Shown here one piece after another: positions 37,548 through 41,857 of a DNA stretch of 41,857 nucleotides. How positions within the stretch are numbered: position 1 is the first letter of the stretch; each line of letters opens with the position of its first letter. Source of the DNA: an uncultured Caulobacter sp. GTDB lineage: Bacteria > Pseudomonadota > Alphaproteobacteria > Caulobacterales > Caulobacteraceae. The notes beneath the pieces were generated by a model. It was given only the letters and a program-made list of their open reading frames with translations, was not told the DNA's origin and made no database searches. The translations under genes were made by a program, and so were the position numbers. The stretch spans positions 1 through 41,857 of the forward strand of contig CAKZJK010000028.1 of the NCBI GenBank assembly GCA_936942565.1, in the 5' to 3' direction.

Positions 37548-37582
37548 GCGCGCGCGACCGAACTACGGCGTGACTTCTAAGG

Positions 37583-37630
37583 TCACGTCGCGGACGGCCG
37601 CTCCATAAGTACGATCATGGTTTTGCGCAC
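37583..37630 (-). CDS. ilv leader peptide MRKTMIVLMERPSAT (or MIVLMERPSAT from 37618)
   Basis: Short ORF with consecutive Ile-Val-Leu codons (ATC GTA CTT) immediately upstream of the terminator; TTGACG -35 element at 37686-37681. Confidence 0.72.
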   Translation of the reverse strand: MRKTMIVLMERPSAT

Positions 37631-37803
37631 GAGTCTTGCTCCAAAGCTACGGAATGGGTGATGACATGCGCCCGTTAACCCGTCAAGGCGCGCATTGCCG
37701 CAAGGATGTGCCTTTTCCGAGCGGTGTGACCTTACCGGAGTTTCACGTGACAGGGGCAGGTTTTCCCCATCACCGTCTCGCTCCCGCAATCAAGGAGCGT
37801 TCA

Positions 37804-38889
37804 GTGTTCGGTCGGCGCGAATTTCTAGTTGGGGCGGCGGCGCTGGGCGTCGCCACAAAGTCGTCGGCGGCGGCGCTTTCGGGCGGCGCGGCCGACAAGG
37901 CGGTGGACGCCTTCCTCGAGGCTCAACCGTTCCAGGGCGTGGTTCTGATCGGCAAGGCCGGCAAGCCGGTCTATTCGCGCACCGTGGGCTTCGCCGACAT
38001 CGAGGCCAAGAAGCCCACCACTCTCGGCACGCCCTATGTCATCGCCTCGATCTCCAAGTGGCTGACCTCGATCGGCCTGCTGCGGCTGGCCGAGGCGGGC
38101 AGGGGTGATCTCGACGCGCCGATTACCCGCTATCTGCCGGACTACCGCGCCGACACTGGCGCCAAGGTCACGTTGCGGCGACTGATGAGCAACACCAGCG
38201 GCGTGCCGAACGGCTTCGCGACGTGGACCAAGGCCAAACCCGATCCGGACCTGTTCAAGAAGACCTTCACAACGGCCGAGGCTGTGAAGCTGTGGTGTTC
38301 GGGCGACTTGGCCTTCGAGCCGGGGACCAAGTTCGACTACGTCCTGACCAACTGGATAATCATCACCGCCGTCATCGAGGCGGTGACCGGCAAGGCGTAT
38401 GCCGAGGCCATGACCGAGCTGGTGACCGGGCCGTTAGGCCTGACCCGCACCACGCCGATCGATCCGCCGGACATCGCCGTCTCGTACCGGACGCTGGAGC
38501 CGCCGGTCCGCAGGCCCAACGACCGCTTTGCCTTCTTCGCGGCCAGTGGCGGCTATGCCAGCACGGCGGGCGACCTGTTGAAGGCCGCGCATGCGGTGTT
38601 CGATCGCGATTTCCTGCCGCCGGCCCGCGAGCGAGAATTGCTAACCGTCGGCTGGCCTGACCAGAACTACGCCCTGGGCGGCCGAGTGAAGACCCTGTTC
38701 ACCGACGGCATGCCGCGCGCCTTCGCGTGGGAGACCGGCAACGCGGCCGGTTACCGCTCGGTGCTGGGCCATCGGTTCGATGACCAGACCACCGTCGTGC
38801 TGCTGAACAATACCAGCCTCAGCCAGAAGGCGATGGATGAGTTCGCCTACGCCCTGTTCGCGACGATCCCGCCTTGGGTGGTCGGCTAG
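37804..38889 (+). CDS. Tat-exported serine hydrolase (beta-lactamase family)
   Basis: GRREFL Tat motif, IASISK (SxxK), LMSNTSG and FEPGTKFDY; SD AAGGAG before the GTG. Confidence 0.85.
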   Translation: MFGRREFLVGAAALGVATKSSAAALSGGAADKAVDAFLEAQPFQGVVLIGKAGKPVYSRTVGFADIEAKKPTTLGTPYVIASISKWLTSIGLLRLAEAGRGDLDAPITRYLPDYRADTGAKVTLRRLMSNTSGVPNGFATWTKAKPDPDLFKKTFTTAEAVKLWCSGDLAFEPGTKFDYVLTNWIIITAVIEAVTGKAYAEAMTELVTGPLGLTRTTPIDPPDIAVSYRTLEPPVRRPNDRFAFFAASGGYASTAGDLLKAAHAVFDRDFLPPARERELLTVGWPDQNYALGGRVKTLFTDGMPRAFAWETGNAAGYRSVLGHRFDDQTTVVLLNNTSLSQKAMDEFAYALFATIPPWVVG

Positions 38890-39377
38890 TCGGCCGCTTC
38901 CAGTGTCCGGGCCAGTTGCTCCAGCGCGAAGGCGGCGAAGGCCCGCATATTGGCGGGGCGCTGGTCGCTGCCGGTCTCCAGCGTCGCGCTGACCGAGGTG
39001 TTTTCGCCGACCACGGCCATGCAGCAGTGGCCGGGCGCGTCGCCATAGCGGTTGCCGTCCGGCCCCGCGGCTCCGGTTTCCGACAGGCCCCAGGTCGCCT
39101 TGAGATTTTTTCGGGCCACGCGCGCCAGCAGCTCCGCGTAGGGCTCGCTGGCCGAGCGTAGCCCGTCCATGGCCTTCTGCGGAATGTCCATCAAGGTCAG
39201 GCGCGCCCGAGCCGTATAGACGACCGCGCCGCCGACGTAGAACTTCGACGCGCCCGGCACGGCCAGCAGCGCCGCCGAGATCAGGCCGCCCGCGGACGAC
39301 TCCGCCACGGCGACGGTTTCGCCGCGAGCGATCAGGCGCTCCGCGATGCGCTCGGCGAGGGGGGCGAGGTCGGACAT
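38886..39377 (-). CDS. CinA/PncC family protein
   Basis: VAVAESSAGGLIS...VPGAS.FY.GG.VVY and SETGAAGP motifs. Confidence 0.88.
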   Translation of the reverse strand: MSDLAPLAERIAERLIARGETVAVAESSAGGLISAALLAVPGASKFYVGGAVVYTARARLTLMDIPQKAMDGLRSASEPYAELLARVARKNLKATWGLSETGAAGPDGNRYGDAPGHCCMAVVGENTSVSATLETGSDQRPANMRAFAAFALEQLARTLEAAD

Positions 39378-39498
39378 GGGATTTCCTTCGGCTGTCGGCC
39401 CTCTCAATAGGGGCAAGTCAGGGGAGTGCAAACATGGCCTATCGCCAAGATTGAGCGGCTGTGGTCACCATGCCCAAGCTCAACCCCTGGAGGTCCGT

Positions 39499-40014
39499 TT
39501 GCTGGTTCAAGCCGCCCCGCCGCCCGCCGCCGTCGTTCCCGCGCCGCCTCCGCCCACGCTGCAACGGCTGGCGCCCGTGGCGCAGAAGGCCAAGTCGCTG
39601 ACCTTGGCCAAGGGCGGTCGGACCGAGAACGTGGTGGTGCGCTACCAGATCTTCCTGCGCACGATCGCCAAGCTGGGCGCGGTTCCGGCCACCCCCGAGG
39701 GCGTAACGGTGTCGGCCATCCCCTGCGTCTGGGTCGTCGAGTCCTATCTGCAGCGCGATCTCTGCTTCTACTCGATCACCGGCCTGTTCGGCTGCGAGGA
39801 GGGCGCCACCAAGCCCCTACAGGCGATCGAGAACGGTCAGGCCGACCTGCCGACCGGGACGACCTGCGAGGTCTTCGCCAAGCCGGTGACCGCCGCCGAG
39901 GACCGGGTGATCGCGGGCCTCGACCGGATGAAGGACCAGATGTTCGACGAGGATTACCAGCTGGCGGTCAAGCCACGGCTGGGCAAGGCCGGCGCGACCG
40001 TCACGGAGCGCTGA
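39499..40014 (+). CDS. Hypothetical protein (start uncertain)
   Basis: GC3-rich frame of ORF 39346..40014; GGAGG 5 nt before the TTG at 39499; Pro-rich N-terminus and 4 Cys. Confidence 0.55.
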   Translation: MLVQAAPPPAAVVPAPPPPTLQRLAPVAQKAKSLTLAKGGRTENVVVRYQIFLRTIAKLGAVPATPEGVTVSAIPCVWVVESYLQRDLCFYSITGLFGCEEGATKPLQAIENGQADLPTGTTCEVFAKPVTAAEDRVIAGLDRMKDQMFDEDYQLAVKPRLGKAGATVTER

Positions 40015-40936
40015 CGGCGTCCCCGCTGACTCTGGCCCAGTCCGGCGTCTGGTTGCGGAACCAGGTCAGCTGGCGCTTGGCGTAACGGCGGGTCTCCTGT
40101 CGCGCGGCCTCCAGCGCCTGCTCCAGCGTGGTCTCGCCGCGCAGATGGGCCGCGAACTCGCGATAGCCGACGGCCTTCAGCGCGGGGAGTGACGGGTCGA
40201 GCCCGCGCGCCTCCATGGCCCGAACCTCGTCCAGCGCGCCTTGCTCGAGCATGACCGCCAGCCGCGCGTCGCAGCGGGCGTAGAGGTCGGCGCGGGGCGG
40301 GTCCAGCACCAGGCCTTTCCAGCTTCCGGGCTCGAGGGCGGGTTTGGTGTCGGTCTGCCAGGCTGTCAGGGACTTGCCGGTGGCGATCGCCACGGCGTGG
40401 GCGCGGACCAGGCGCTGGCGATCGCCGACCTCGATCCGCGCCTCGGCTTCGGGGTCCAGCGGCTTGAGGATCTCGCGGAATTCCGCCTCGCCCCGCGCGG
40501 CGTAGAGCAGGCCCGAGATTTCCCGCTGGGTCTCGGACACGGGCGGCACGTCGGCCAGGCCGTGGGTGAGGGCGCGGAAATAGAGGCCGGTGCCGCCGAC
40601 GACGATGGCGGGATTGCCGCGCGCGGCGATCTCGGACAGCGCGGCCGTGGCCGCTTCCAGCCAACGCCCGACCGACCAGCCGACGGCGGCGTCTACAACC
40701 CCGAACAGATGATGCGGCGCGCGCGCCATCTCCTCGGGCGAGGGGCCGGCGGTGAGCACGCGCAGGCCAGCGTAGATCTGCATGGAGTCGGCGTTGACGA
40801 TCTCACCGCCGATCCGTTCGGCCAAACGCAAGGCATGGGCCGACTTGCCGCTTGCGGTCGGGCCCGCGATCAGCCAGATGCGATAGTTGTCGCCTTGGGA
40901 GCGATCCAAGGTTGCGTCAGACTGGGGAGAGCTCAT
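40001..40936 (-). CDS. miaA: tRNA (adenosine(37)-N6)-dimethylallyltransferase
   Basis: [25 protein letters not shown] and [13 protein letters not shown]. Confidence 0.95.
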   Translation of the reverse strand: MSSPQSDATLDRSQGDNYRIWLIAGPTASGKSAHALRLAERIGGEIVNADSMQIYAGLRVLTAGPSPEEMARAPHHLFGVVDAAVGWSVGRWLEAATAALSEIAARGNPAIVVGGTGLYFRALTHGLADVPPVSETQREISGLLYAARGEAEFREILKPLDPEAEARIEVGDRQRLVRAHAVAIATGKSLTAWQTDTKPALEPGSWKGLVLDPPRADLYARCDARLAVMLEQGALDEVRAMEARGLDPSLPALKAVGYREFAAHLRGETTLEQALEAARQETRRYAKRQLTWFRNQTPDWARVSGDAVSAP

Positions 40937-41414
40937 GCGTCCGTCCTGCCTCATCGCGGCCAGCCTTGCCGCATCCGTGCTTGTCGCGCCAGCCTTCGCG
41001 ACCGCGGCGGACGTCAACCCCAAGGCGCAGGTCGTTCCGCCGCCCGCGGCCAAGCCCCAGGTGACCGGCCCGACCCTCTCCGCGGCCACGAGCGAGAAGG
41101 CGGGGTGCGGCGCGGTGCTCCTGATCCTGGGCAAGGTCGCCGACGGCTATCCCGAGATGTTCGCCAAGCAGAGCAACGGCAAGACGGTGCAGTCCATGCT
41201 CAGCGCCTTCGGGTTCAAGGGCAAGGCCATGCTGGACGAAGCCTTCGCGGAAGGCGGGGCCTTGGGCCTCACGCCCAGCCAGACCTACGAGGCCGGCGTC
41301 GCCTCCCTGCTGAGCCTGGCCAAGTCCGAAGTCACTGGCGCGAGCGATCCGAACGCGGCGGGCCGACAGGCCGGCGTCGCCCTGATGAAGCGCTGCACGG
41401 GGATGGGCGGATAG
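40935..41414 (+). CDS. Hypothetical secreted protein
   Basis: [22 protein letters not shown] signal peptide; SD GGGGAG; GC3-rich frame; two Cys in the mature part. Confidence 0.6.
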   Translation: MRPSCLIAASLAASVLVAPAFATAADVNPKAQVVPPPAAKPQVTGPTLSAATSEKAGCGAVLLILGKVADGYPEMFAKQSNGKTVQSMLSAFGFKGKAMLDEAFAEGGALGLTPSQTYEAGVASLLSLAKSEVTGASDPNAAGRQAGVALMKRCTGMGG

Positions 41415-41459
41415 CCGAGGCGGGTTGACGGGCGGGACCGCCTGGCTTAGCGCCGCGCC

Positions 41460-41857
41460 ATGCTCGCCATCACTCTCGTCGGCCAAGGGGCCGAAACCGT
41501 CGCTCGCGCCCTGGACCTGGGGCCGTCGCTCCTTCTGGGCCCAAACGCCGTGGATCTCTCGGCGGACGTCGCGCTGGCGGACGCCAAGGCGCGGGTCGCG
41601 GATATCATCGGCGACCAGGCGATCGACTTCGCCATCCAGTCGGTCGACAACCGCAAGAAGCGCCTTCTGATCGCGGACATGGACTCCACGATCATCAACG
41701 TCGAGTGCCTGGACGAGCTCGCGGACTTCGCCGGCGTGAAGGCCCAAGTCTCCGAGATCACCGAGCGGGCCATGCGCGGCGAGCTGGCCTTCGAGGGGGC
41801 GTTGCGCGAGCGGGTCGGCATGCTGAAAGGCCTTTCGGTCGACGCCCTCCAGAGCTG
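41460..41857 (+). CDS. serB: Phosphoserine phosphatase (truncated by window end)
   Basis: MLAITLVG...RKKRLLIADMDSTIINVECLDELA...ITERAMRGELAF..ALRERV (HAD DxDST motif); open to the end of the window; TTGACG at 41425. Confidence 0.93.
   Translation, partial: MLAITLVGQGAETVARALDLGPSLLLGPNAVDLSADVALADAKARVADIIGDQAIDFAIQSVDNRKKRLLIADMDSTIINVECLDELADFAGVKAQVSEITERAMRGELAFEGALRERVGMLKGLSVDALQS

Noticed and set aside
37675-37680. TTAAC half-site near the ilvB promoter as a CtrA site
   Set aside because: A single half-site with no partner at N7 spacing.

Overview
This is a GC-rich alphaproteobacterial chromosomal window, very likely from Caulobacter. The evidence is a permuted two-piece tmRNA encoding the tag ANDNFAEEFAVAA, a perfect CtrA box, an alpha-type SspB and Caulobacter-type intergenic repeats. 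Most genes are housekeeping: tldD (3' end), gshA, rsmE, ppk2, ubiA, ilvC, ispB, fumC, sspB, ssrA, ilvBN with an attenuator, miaA and serB (5' end). Accessory genes are interspersed among them. I found no transposase, integrase, prophage or CRISPR array. The most notable signals not in the ORF track are: (1) a putative iron/peroxide module of an OxyR-boxed monofunctional catalase, two truncated YbaN/DUF454-like genes, a Fur-like box and an ABC transporter; (2) a 59-nt tandem duplication at the 3' end of the tmRNA coding piece, with competing hairpins upstream of sspB; (3) a 47-aa membrane protein behind a perfect CtrA box, plus a 30-aa membrane sORF; (4) a secreted protein built from two 111-aa repeats of a domain I cannot name. 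All functional calls come from recognising motifs by eye; no database searches were run.
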